NCBI GenBank assembly: GCA_013239625.1
Contig: MU054220.1
Span: 6,308,626-6,372,625 of the forward strand
From: Lama guanicoe
Lineage: Eukaryota
DNA: 64,000 nt
Reading direction: 5' to 3'
Numbering within the stretch: position 1 is the first letter of the stretch; every line of letters begins with the position of its first letter. Below the pieces are notes generated by a model that saw only the letters and a list, made by a program, of their open reading frames with translations, did not search any database and had not been told where the DNA came from. A program made the translations under genes and the position numbers. This document shows, piece by piece, positions 1-10,409 of this stretch.

Positions 1-420
1 TGGTTTGATAATTCAGTGGATCGATGGCATCATCCAGGATGCACGTCTTTCTTTTTGCCCTGCCATTTCCAGTGTTTTTTTGACTTTGACCTAAAGTGCG
101 GGCGTTCACAGCTACAAGCTGGCTGCAGTAAACCCCAGCATCACCGCCCCACATGGCTGTTTACTCACGTGCATCTCTTTTTGAAAATGAGGAAACGTCT
201 TACAAGATGTGTTCCTGGCAGATCTCCCCACACTTCTCATGATGATAACCGTGCCACAAGGCCATTCCTAAGCCAGTTACTGGCGGAAATGTGGGTTACC
301 ATAGCTGGCTCGGGTCAGCCAGGATTTGCCTGTGGAGCTCAGAAGAGCCTCCGCTGGAGACAGTGGCCACCAGTTACCTGGACAAAATCAGAATCTGCTT
401 AGTGTGGGAGAAGCAGGGTA
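1..420. mobile_element. Degenerate MaLR LTR (MLT1J/K-like), running off the left edge
   Basis: 'cacttctcat...gccattcctaagccagttactggc...gggttaccatagctggct' resembles the MLT1J/K LTR core; orientation not assigned. Confidence 0.5.
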
Positions 421-1376
421 ATGGCAGTAGGACAGACAGCTCCTCATGACCTCTTCCTTCAGCTTTGTGGTCATTTCTCTGATCGCTCACTAGGGAAGAG
501 ACGAATCCACCTTCTCATATAGGCAGTTTTCTCCTTTTCCCTGACTCTTTCTCTCTGTTGATTTCATGATCTTCCCTTAAGTTTCCCTGTGAGGTCATAT
601 AATTTAGGATATTTATTTCTTGAGTAACATGATGTAAAGAGGGACGAGAATCTCCTGCATAGCAGGCCAGTCATGCCTCACTCTGCTTCTGCCTTACACC
701 CTTGAACTCCTCCCCGCTTAATTAAATCTGCAGGAGGACAGCATCACTGCAAGTCAGTTCAGCTTCCCGGATCGACCATGGTGCTGATTTCACATTCATA
801 ATTAATTCTCCTCAGTGTTAAGAGTGGAGACTTGGCTGATTAAGGATTCTCGGTGGATTATTGCAGATGTTTGAATTGCTGAAACAACGGGCAGCTATGC
901 AGTGTCTTTTTGATCTACATAAACGTGGGATGTGGAAGAAGAAAAGAGGCATTTTTCTTTCCCCTCCAGAAATCTCACTTGACATTTTGCAAGGGACATT
1001 TATTAGAATGTCAGTTTGATAAAACTGTTTGCAGGAGTCACCCAGCATTTGCTACTGAGCTATAACAATTGTTAAGAGCTGTAATTACTCTGGGCAGGTT
1101 TAAAGAAAAAAAATGTTATCAGAAGATTGGGGCAAAATACCTTCGAGCAAGTAGCTATGCTTCTTCCAGTTTCCTGTTGAATTACAGTCTCTGATACACT
1201 CGTGCTGAACCTGAACTCTGGGTTAGAAGCAATATTACCAGCGGTTGTCATGGCAGATGGGAACGTAGTAGTGTGTATCAGAGAGATGATTGGTACTGGG
1301 CTGCAGAGGTGTCTTGAGATATAGAAGATATAAAGCCTAGGGTTGGGATTTTATATGTAGATAACATTACATTAAG

Positions 1377-1404
1377 TGATGATGATGATGATGATGATGA
1401 TGAT
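1377..1404. repeat. (TGA)n microsatellite
   Basis: About 9 tandem TGA units at the tail end of a MIR. Confidence 0.9.
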
Positions 1405-1411
1405 AACGATG

Positions 1412-1625
1412 ACTAATGATAGCAAACACTTGTACTGAACTCCCTATGAACCACTCCCTGCTCTAAGAGCGTTCCGTACAGGGGCTCATTACATCGTTCT
1501 AATCTTATGGACCAGGGAGTGTTATTACCTCTAGTCTGCTGGTGAGGAGACCGGCATAGAGAGACAAAGGAGCTTGCACAAAGCCACACTGAAATTTGAA
1601 CCCTAAGAGATTCCAGGACTCCATT
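1412..1625 (-). mobile_element. MIR SINE fragment
   Basis: Degenerate reverse MIR core 'ggtgaggagaccggcatagagagac...cttgcacaaagccacac...tttgaaccc'. Confidence 0.65.
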
Positions 1626-1744
1626 CATAGCTATGACACTGTGTCATCTCCTGATACAGCCCAGACATTCGTGCACTCCCTAGTATGACTGGGAGGACGC
1701 CTGTACTTCAGTTTCCTCATCTGCTGAGTACTTGTAGCAAAAAG

Positions 1745-1940
1745 GCTGACGTTCATTGGGCGCTTACGATGTGCTGGGCATTATTAAGGGTTTGTTATGT
1801 CTTAGGGACCTTACTGGGCATAATTATTAAGTCTTTAGAGTGTCACTTAATTTCGGAAACTGAGGAAGAGAAATTTAAATTACTGACTTGTCATTAATAA
1901 GGCCAAGATTAAAACCAATAAATCAGACTATGGAGCCTGG
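1745..1940 (-). mobile_element. MIR SINE fragment
   Basis: 'cattgggcgcttacgatgtgctgggca...ggaaactgagg'. Confidence 0.6.
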
Positions 1941-2794
1941 ATTTGAATGCTGCCTATCTCGCTGGATAATGATAAAATAACGTAATATATATTTTATACA
2001 CACACACAGACACACACACACATTTTTGATAAGACAAAAGAATCAAGTAAATTAAGAAGTACGTATACTTTGTTTGAGGAAAGCAAATACGCTATTAGCA
2101 ACATGCTTTTTTCTTTCCTTTGTTTGTCCCTTCATTCATTGAAAGTCATTCCTTTACATGATTTTTTGTGTGCAGCATCTCTACCAGATACTTTTTGTAG
2201 GAAGGTAAAAATGACATAGTCTTTCCTCTCCAAAAGCCTCACAGTTGAGAGGAAAAAACAGTCATAGACTCACACGAGTTACAACCCAGTGGCCACTGAG
2301 AGCACCAAGATCTGTCACCCCCTCAGAGGTCTTTCAGGGGGGGCTCCCTGGGTCACGTTTCTCCTCTGTTTGCGGCCTGGGGAGGAGTGGAGGCCGTGTC
2401 GCCCCTAGACCTCTTTAGAGAACCATGTCGACATCCCAGAGAGGATGCCTGTGGAGCACTTGGAAGATTTTAAGAGAAGTTGCTTCATTACTGTTTCAAG
2501 GTTCTATTATCCCAAAATGCCACCTCAAAAACTATCAAAGGCTGATCTTCAGAAATTCAGAACTTCTCCGTGCACAAAGCAGGATGGCCCCTGAGTGGGG
2601 AGAACAGTTCTGCAGCATTGAAGGCTGACAGCATTGTTGACCTCCCACATCTTTTGTTTGAAGCCGAATCCCTGTCAGGTACAAAGGTGCTGTGTTATTT
2701 TCATTTCTTTCGTGGCGACTGAAGGAGAGTCTCATTTAGAGCACTTCACGATAGGCGGGGTTTTATAAGGGTACAGAAGGACTGGGGCCACAGT

Positions 2795-3000
2795 AGAGTG
2801 TGGCGGTTGGGAACGTCGGCTCTGAAGCCCTAAGGCTTTGGTGTTAGCCTTGAAATTTGCATGAGTTACTTTATCTCTGTGTCTCAGTTTTCAGCTGTGT
2901 TAAGTGAGAAATAATAACAGAAATGAGCTCGTGGAGAGTTCTGTGCTGATTACATGAGCAAGTGCTGGATGAGGTACTAACCCTAAGTCCTCAAGAAGAG
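2795..3000 (+). mobile_element. MIR SINE
   Basis: 'gtggcggttgggaacgtcggctctgaagcc...gagttactttatctctgtgtctcagttttc'. Confidence 0.65.
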
Positions 3001-3350
3001 GTGGCTTTTATTATTGCCATCAGGAGTTTGAAGCTCTTGGCATTAGTTAACCTCTGGCTCCCTCTGCCCCTCATGACATTTCTGATTCCCCCTGTGCATT
3101 TCCGCCTAGCCATTTGTCTAGTGACTCATCATTTTAGTATAGACGTGGGCCCGCACAGTCTCAGCTCTGTCTTGTGCTTCCTTCCGCTTCCAGCTTTCAT
3201 TGCCAGGGGCACCAGTCTCTCCGTGCTCCTTAGTCTGAATTTCCAAGGCAGAGAATCTCCTGGTTTGGGGAAGGGCATTTATCTTTGGGCATAACAGGCA
3301 TTGTGGGTCTGGTATCTACGCTTGGTCCAGTTGGCTGTGTCATGGGTAGA

Positions 3351-3690
3351 CGTCTTAGTCCATTCAGGATGCTCTGATAAAATCCCACGGACTGTAAGCC
3401 TCATAAAACAGCACACCTAGATTCCTCACTGTCCTGGAGGCTGGACGTCTGAGATCAGCACAGTGGGGTTCTGGGTTGCCGTCTGCTGACTTCTTGCTGT
3501 GTCCTTATGTGGGGGAAGAGTGTAGGGCGTTTTATGGGGTCTGTTTTATAAAAACACGAATCCCACTCATGAGAGCCCCATCCTCATGACCTCAGCATCT
3601 CACAAAGACCCTGCCTTCTAATAGCACCCCCCAGGGATTAGGATTGTAACATAGCATTTGGGTGGGGGGACAAATACGCAGACCATAGCA
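3351..3690 (-). mobile_element. MaLR solo LTR, MLT1A-like
   Basis: Ends 'cgtcttagtcc' and 'gaccatagca'; internal 'ctggaggctgg', 'aatcccactcatgagagccccatcctcatgacc'. Confidence 0.85.
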
Positions 3691-4149
3691 GTTGGAGTTA
3701 CTGCGACCTGCTTGTCCATCAAGGGATCTGTGGGTCAGTGTCCCTCGGAGAAGAACATTCTGAGGAATGACCTGCTTAATGCAAACAGAATCAAGTGGAA
3801 AGTGGAGAATGAGGCCAGGAAGTCTTGCTCAGTAATGTTATACAGTGAAGTTGTTGTTCCACCTGTATCTTCCTCATTTTGTAAATACAACTCCTCAATT
3901 TTCTGCCTTCAGGCCAGGACTGGTTCATCTCTGTACCTCCTGAACCAAGTGTAACAGTGGACATACTGGGTTTTTAAACACTTATTATATACTTACTAAA
4001 TATTTAATAAGTGAATTAATAAATATCAAGTATCTTCTTTATTTTCATCTGTGAAGTTAATATTTAAAATTAATACACTACTTACAACTAAATTATTCCA
4101 ATAATTTAATTTTAAACTGTATATTATGACCTTAATGTATGTTATACAG

Positions 4150-4300
4150 TTTAATTTTCTCAGTTACCCCATAAAATAAAAATTTTTGTCCCCATTTAAC
4201 ATATGAGAAAACTGAGCTCTTAGAAAGTAAGTTCACTGGACCCATATAGGTATTAAGCAGTAAAGTGGGCATTTAAAACCATGTTTGTTTTATTTCAAAG
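4150..4300 (-). mobile_element. MIR SINE fragment
   Basis: 'ccccatttaacatatgagaaaactgagctcttaga' reverse core. Confidence 0.65.
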
Positions 4301-4349
4301 CTTCTTTTTTCACCCTATATTATCATATGACTGATATTTTATGTTGTTA

Positions 4350-4640
4350 ATTTTTGGCCCACTGCTCTGTCAGGATATTTTTGAGTGTTTATTTTAACAT
4401 TCACCTTGTCATCTAACTCCGCATCTTTTTGTCATGGACAAATTCACAGGGAATGCATTCTGTTTAATATCACAAGGCCAAGTATAGAACCCAGTGACTC
4501 AATTCAGGTAGTGACCAGTCCACTTAGCGGTACTGTCAGTCAGCGCACAGATCTTCACCTTGACCCGAAGAAGGTCATGGGAGATTCTGTACCAAGTTCA
4601 CCCTTGTACACAAATTCCACTTCCCTGTAGCCATCTTCCA
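4350..4640 (-). mobile_element. L3/CR1 LINE fragment (RT region)
   Basis: 'tgtcatggacaaatt', 'acaaggccaagtatagaacccagtg' and 'aaggtcatgggagattctgt' are colinear with reverse CR1/L3 RT sequence. Confidence 0.5.
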
Positions 4641-5225
4641 GGCCAGACTTGTCTCTATGGTGCATTTGTTCCTCAACATCCCATTTTAAATGGAGGTTCA
4701 ATATTTCTTATCAGTGGCTGATTTCACAAGGAGAGAAATATTAGGAAAAATTTTTTTTGAAAAAAAAAGTTCTCATCATTGGAAATTTTGCATTCTCTCA
4801 CTGCCTCTGATTATAATATATACATTGAGAACTTGGGTCTGTTGGAGAGAGAGCAGAAGGAAGGTCCTAATTGGAAATTCATGCCCCATTGTTGCAGGCA
4901 TACACATCTTTCCCCATTGGAAAGGTGCCAGACTCACTGGACCCAGATGCTAATGCCACGTAGTAGCAAGTCAGAACTGAGGGAACTATGTTCTGAGGCT
5001 GATTTGTGATTTATTACAGTGGTGGGAAACATGAATGCCAGGTCCTAAAACAGTATTACTGACCAGGTGGTTTTTGGATGAGGGCAGTTTTCGCCCATTT
5101 AAGCATGTCTTAACTTTACAAAGAATGTTATGAATTGGGTTAACATGTGGAGACAGAATAATGACAAATCTTATTTTATAGACTGTAAAGACTGGATGAT
5201 CTTAAGTTAAATCATACATGGTCTA

Positions 5226-5400
5226 TCAGTGGATTGTAACATTTTGAAAGTCATGATAACATCACAAAAACCTTGAGAATTTAATGCAAGCAATAACTCT
5301 CTTCCTAGAAGTTAAATAAACACACACACTCACAATCAGAGTAATATTTAATTTCAAAGTGTTCAAGAGCTAATGAAACCTCCTCTTGGAAACCAGGTCT
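5226..5400. mobile_element. hAT-Charlie MITE remnant (MER117-like)
   Basis: 'cagtgg...ccttgagaatttaatgcaagcaataactctcttcctagaa...aatttcaaagtgttca'. Confidence 0.4.
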
Positions 5401-5837
5401 TAGGTCAAATACCATTTAAGGAAAGGTAAAAAGTTGAATTCCTCCCTAACGTTAGTAGGATTAAATAAATTATAGGACTGTGTAGTGTAATACAAAAATA
5501 AATATCATAGAATTCTTAGTTGATTTGAGTCTCTGGGAATCACTGTTCATGTTCAAAACAGCTACAAAATTGTGCGTGTGTGTGTTTTCAGATTTTGTTA
5601 CTCAACAGTAGGTCGGGAAGATCCACGTGCTTCCCCACATTTCTGAAGAAGTTAATTTTGGGGTCTCAGGGGAGCACAGATCAGATTCCAGATATACCTA
5701 CGTAAATCTGGTAATTCTAGGGTCAGGTGCGTTTTTTAAAATGGCAACATTAGATTTTCAACCTTGATTAAAACAATGATCAAGCTGAGATTAAGCAGAG
5801 GGGAACATTTAAACTATTCAGATAATTATTTTCTAAA

Positions 5838-6091
5838 TTTTTTTATTGAAGTATAGTCAGTTTACAATATTGTGTCAATTTCTGGTGTACAGCATAATGT
5901 CCCAGTCATGCATATATAAATACACACACACACACACACACACACACATATTTGTTTTCATATGCTTTTTCATTATTGGTTACTACAAGGTATTGGCCAA
6001 TAATTCCCAGTGCTATGCAATAGTAACTTGTTTAGCTAGTTTATATATGGTAGTAGTTGTGTGTATATATATATATGTACCTATATATAGT
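5838..6091 (-). mobile_element. Short 5'-truncated L1 3' end (camelid/artiodactyl type) with internal (CA)n
   Basis: 'ttttattgaagtatagtcagtttacaat...ctggtgtacagcataat'; flanked by TSD-like agataatt(att)ttct at 5820-5834 and 6092-6103, followed by AA. Confidence 0.85.
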
Positions 6092-6284
6092 AGATAATTT
6101 TCTAATAGAGTATAAGTAAGAGCTGTGATGTAGCAAGTTTTTGTTGAGAAGATACACAGTGGATAGAGGTGCCATAGCAGAGGAAAAGGAATGGCAGGGA
6201 TTAAGCTACATCAGTATATACAGTGTATATAAAATGGGCATTTGGGCAAATGCCCAATTTGTTTTAGGCAAATTAAAAAAATAT

Positions 6285-7020
6285 ATTTGGGGAGAGCTGG
6301 GGAGAGGAAATGAGTGAAGATAGTCAGAAGGTGAAAAAAACCTTCCAGTTATAAGAGATAGATTCTGGAAAGGTAATGTACAGCATGGTGGCTGTAGTTA
6401 AAAATACTGTATATTAAGTGAAGTAAGTCAGACAAAGAAATAACCTATGATATCACTTATATGTGGAATCTTAAAAAAAAAGAAAAGGAAAACTACAAAT
6501 TTTATTTACAAGCCAGAAATAGACCCAAGGACACAGAAAACAAACTGTGGTTACCAGACGGGAAATGGGGGGGAGGGATAGATTAGGAGTTTGGGACTGA
6601 TGGGTACACATTACTGTATGTGAGGTGGATAAGAAGCCAGGACCTACTGTATAGCACAGGGAACTATATTCAGTTTCTTGTAATGAGCTTTAATGGAAAA
6701 GAAACTGAAAATATATAGATGTGTGTATGTATGTATATAACTGAATTGCTTTGCTGTATACCTGAAACTAACATTGTAAATCAACTACACTTCAGTTAAA
6801 AATAAGAATAATAAAAAATTGTATATTTAAAAGTTGCTAAGAGACTATAAGTAAATCTTAGAAGTTCTCATCACAAGAAGGAAAATGTGCAACTACATGA
6901 GGTTGATGTTAACTAAACTTATTGTGGCAAATAAATTGTATGTATCAAATCATTAGGCTGTACACCTTGAACTAACACAATGTTGTATGCCAATTTTATC
7001 TTAATAAAACTGCAAAAAAA
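6285..7020 (+). mobile_element. Older L1 3' UTR (L1MA9-like), split by a younger L1
   Basis: 'ttccagttataag...gtacagcatggtg...aatactgtat' resumes at 'tgtatatttaaaagttgctaagag...aataaaactgcaaaaaaa'. Confidence 0.8.
6416..6812 (+). mobile_element. Younger L1 ORF2 end plus 3' UTR nested in the older L1
   Basis: 'aagtgaagtaagtcagac...tgtggaatct...ctgtatagcacagggaac...cctgaaactaac' with an A-rich tail; 15-bp TSD (13/15 identical). Confidence 0.85.
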
Positions 7021-8294
7021 GGGAAAAAATCAAATCTAGTACTGACTTGCCTCAGTATAGTTGTTTTTTGATAATAAAGCTAGATAATTGAAGAATGAGG
7101 GAGCTGGCTGTTGGCAAAACTTAAACAGTGGATTCCATTCGGAAAAAAGCTCGAAGCCTTTTAGGGCTTGGTTTAGTGATTTCAGATCCTGGTCTGGAGG
7201 GTGTGTGCTAATTTGCTGGTTTGCCAACCTGCATTATTGCCAGTGACAGCCAAGTAAGGAAGCTTAGATATAGGCCAAAATCTTGTGTAGCAGTTTTTAG
7301 TAAGAAAGGGGCTCTTTCAAGAACCGTTAGATACAATCAGAGGTGTAGGATACATTCTCATACCCTGCATTCAGGCGCCTCTCTGCTTCTGAGTCTAGGC
7401 TTAGGAACAAAAAGGAGCTATTTTATAATCAGCAGTTGACTTTTGCTTCAGTCAACTAGTTTAAACTCATGCTGTTGGTTGACTCTCAGGGCCCTTTGGC
7501 TGATCATTAGAACATTTTTCCTAGTCATTACTGGAAACTTTCCTAATATCCTGCAGCCATAACGTACTGTTTCCCTATTATATCTTGTGTGTGGGAATTC
7601 AGACCATCCCTGAGTATTCCCCATGATTGTTGGCATGGCAAAAAGAGTCAATAGCTGTCGGTGGCTTTTCCTCACAATTTCCTATATGACTGTGCTAGTT
7701 TAATTAGAGTGTGGATAGGTCTATAAATGAGTTGCTACACTTTTACTCAGTAAGGAACATCTACTTCTATTTTAATTCTCTACTGGTATTCTCTAAGGAG
7801 ATGCCAAAATGCTTTCCATCTGGAATTAGGAATCCTTTATTTTCATTGGGGAAATCTGTGCTCCTGGAAAACTCTTTAGTTTGGCTCATTACTCAGCTGC
7901 CATGCTGCAAGAGAGGGAAAACACCCCAAACTAAAACATTGTAAATGACACCAGGGATAGTTAGAACACGTAAAATAATTTTTATAGTCCCACAAATGGT
8001 ATGTTAAAATCCTTTAAGAGCACTACAAAGTAGTTGGGTAGGTGTTATTCACACTCTTCAAAATAAGAAAGCCATTTAGACATCGTGGTTATGACTGTGA
8101 CCTTAGTGAAGTCACTTGACATGTTAATATCAAACCCAGATGTCCTAACTTCAAACATATACTCTGTCCATTGGACATTGTCCTCTCACCACGAGAATCT
8201 AAGAGAGAATACAAGAAGCATCTGACAGCAAGTACAGGAAGCAACACTTGCTTTGTTTTGACTGGGAATTATTGGTTTCTGTTACATAGATAGG

Positions 8295-8465
8295 GAAGCA
8301 GTTTAGTGATGAGAGAAACTTGGAGAGTTGAAGTCAGAAAGCTTAAAAGTTCCATTTTTGACTTTTCCACTCTAACTTCGGGATTCTGTGTACTTAACCG
8401 TTTAGCCTCAGTTTCATTGTACAATTAAGATTCATAACGTAGTTTAGGGAGATAAATGAGATGTT
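8295..8465 (+). mobile_element. MIR SINE
   Basis: 'cttaaccgtttagcctcagtttc...gataaatgagat'. Confidence 0.55.
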
Positions 8466-8909
8466 TTACTAGCAGACCAGTGTATTGGAGTTCATTGTCA
8501 GGGAGGGTTCGTAAGAGCAGCTTAGATTCCAGGGAAAAAGGGGAGAGATTATTAAAGAGAGAATTATTGGCCCAAATCATTCCATTTGTTCCTCTTCTCC
8601 TCCAGGCCTCTGAATCACAGACTACACATACTCACAGATCAGAGAAATAAGAATAACGGCTTTATAGAAAGCTTTCTGAATATATATAAAGTATATATAA
8701 CCTGGTAGGGGGTTGCTGGTAACACCTAGTGAACCTAAGTTCAGATAATCAAAGAAAAGTAACCCTCCTTAACCCCTGATTGGCAGTGCACAAGAGGGAA
8801 CTCAAGAACCCTCTTTGTCTTTCACTCTTCCTCTGATCCTAGTAGATGAAGCTAACGCAGTGAAAGTTTCTCACTGAAACACATCCTATATGTTATGGGA
8901 TTTTAAAAA

Positions 8910-9277
8910 TTCATAAAATCGGAGAATATGAGAGTTGCAAGAGAATTTAGATACCATCCATTCCAGTGATTTTCTTGCTCAATTAGACATGGAACTGTTA
9001 ACATCTCATAAAAATCTAGCGTCTAAAATGAGTTAAAACGCTGCTGCTCTTCCTGAACCTCAGAGCTTTTACCTATCTCCACGGTGGACTCACAGTACCT
9101 TCAGAACATACTTTGAAAAGCATAGATCTAATCAAACAGCTCGTTTCACTTTTAGAGAGCTAAACCATAAACAGATTAAATGATTTTCCCAAGTCACATC
9201 GTGAATTAGTGGCTAAACTTGAACAAGGACTTGAATCTTACTCCCAATTCAGAACACTTTCTAACTGAACACGCTGT
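8910..9277 (-). mobile_element. MIR3-like SINE interrupted by a hAT MITE
   Basis: 'gagttgcaagagaatttagataccatc' ... 'attaaatgattttcccaagtcacatc..gaattagtggc'. Confidence 0.55.
8964..9125. mobile_element. hAT-Charlie MITE
   Basis: TIR-like ends cagtgattttc / tttgaaaagcatag; 8-bp TSD-like atccattc / atctaatc. Confidence 0.5.
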
Positions 9278-9677
9278 GCCCAATTGCTCAGCTTTTCTGG
9301 GATTCCTCTTTGGGAATTAATTTACTATGAAGAGGCAAACCTAAGATTGTTTGCGCCTTCATTCTCTGGACTATCCATCTTTGTGGTCTGCTGATATCAT
9401 CCATCTGTAACTACCTGGTACTCACAGAAGTGTTTACCAGCAGGGTTTGTGGTCTGGATTCACAGGGAAGAATCAGAGTGCAGGAAATCTACTGCTGATT
9501 TAAATACCTTAAATGCTTCTAGACCCAGATCTTTCTGAAATTAAGTTCCGTTAGTTATTTATGGGTATTTTGTTTTCCTTTTGCATTGAAAACAAGGCAT
9601 GAGAGTCATTTCCAGCAGTAACACTGTATGTGAAAAGAAGATTGTGTCTAAATAGGCTACTTTTTCAAGTTTTAATT

Positions 9678-9749
9678 GGCCTAATTACTTCATGTTTGTA
9701 AAGTGCTTTGAAGAGGAAAGGTGTTATATTAGTGTTGCTTGTTATTATT
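9678..9749 (+). mobile_element. Ancient amniote SINE 3' tail (MIR1_Amn/AmnSINE-like)
   Basis: 'taattacttcatgtttgtaaagtgctttgaagaggaaaggtgttatattagtg...ttattatt'. Confidence 0.45.
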
Positions 9750-10409
9750 TTAGTTCTCCCAGCGGCATTTGCTGGTTTCTTAAATTGCCTTCCTTGAAGT
9801 GACCTAATAATCAAATTGCCAGGGAAGATGTGTTCTTTTTAATTTTTTCTTTATCTTTCTTCTTCTTTTTTTAGAGTACCACTGTTCAAACATAAGGAAA
9901 GTTGGGAGACTAATGACATAGTGCCATCTTCCCTTCTGACTCGTTCAGCTGCTCTAGGGTCTTTCCAGAGTTGGGGATGAATTGGACCTTTGCTCTCTGC
10001 CTCTCTCTCAGTTGCTATCTTTGTTAGTGGAAAAGCTAGCATTTTCCGGAGGCCACATCTGTCAGCAAAATGTTCTGCGGTGAGCCTCTCTAAAGACCAG
10101 GACTCCTGGGGGACTCGAACAAAGCATTGCAGCCCCTTGGTAGCCAGGAGGAGAAGGAGACTGAGTCGCTTCTACCTTTCAGCCCTCCCCCCGTCTTCCC
10201 CAAGCATCCTCAGGTGAAGGGAAGGAGGAAGAGGCTGCCTGAGGGTATCAGAATTTACTGACACCGTTTGTGAAGACAAATACTGAAGGGGTATTTCCTC
10301 TCTTGTGACACCAAATGTTTTTCTTTAACCATAAAACAGAGGATTTTTTTTCCCCTTAACCTGTGATGCAGTAAGGAGATGGTTTAATTTTTTGTTCTGC
10401 TAAGGTGAC

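Noticed and set aside
16..402. 128-aa ORF
   Set aside because: Non-ATG start, lies inside a decayed MaLR LTR, no recognisable domain
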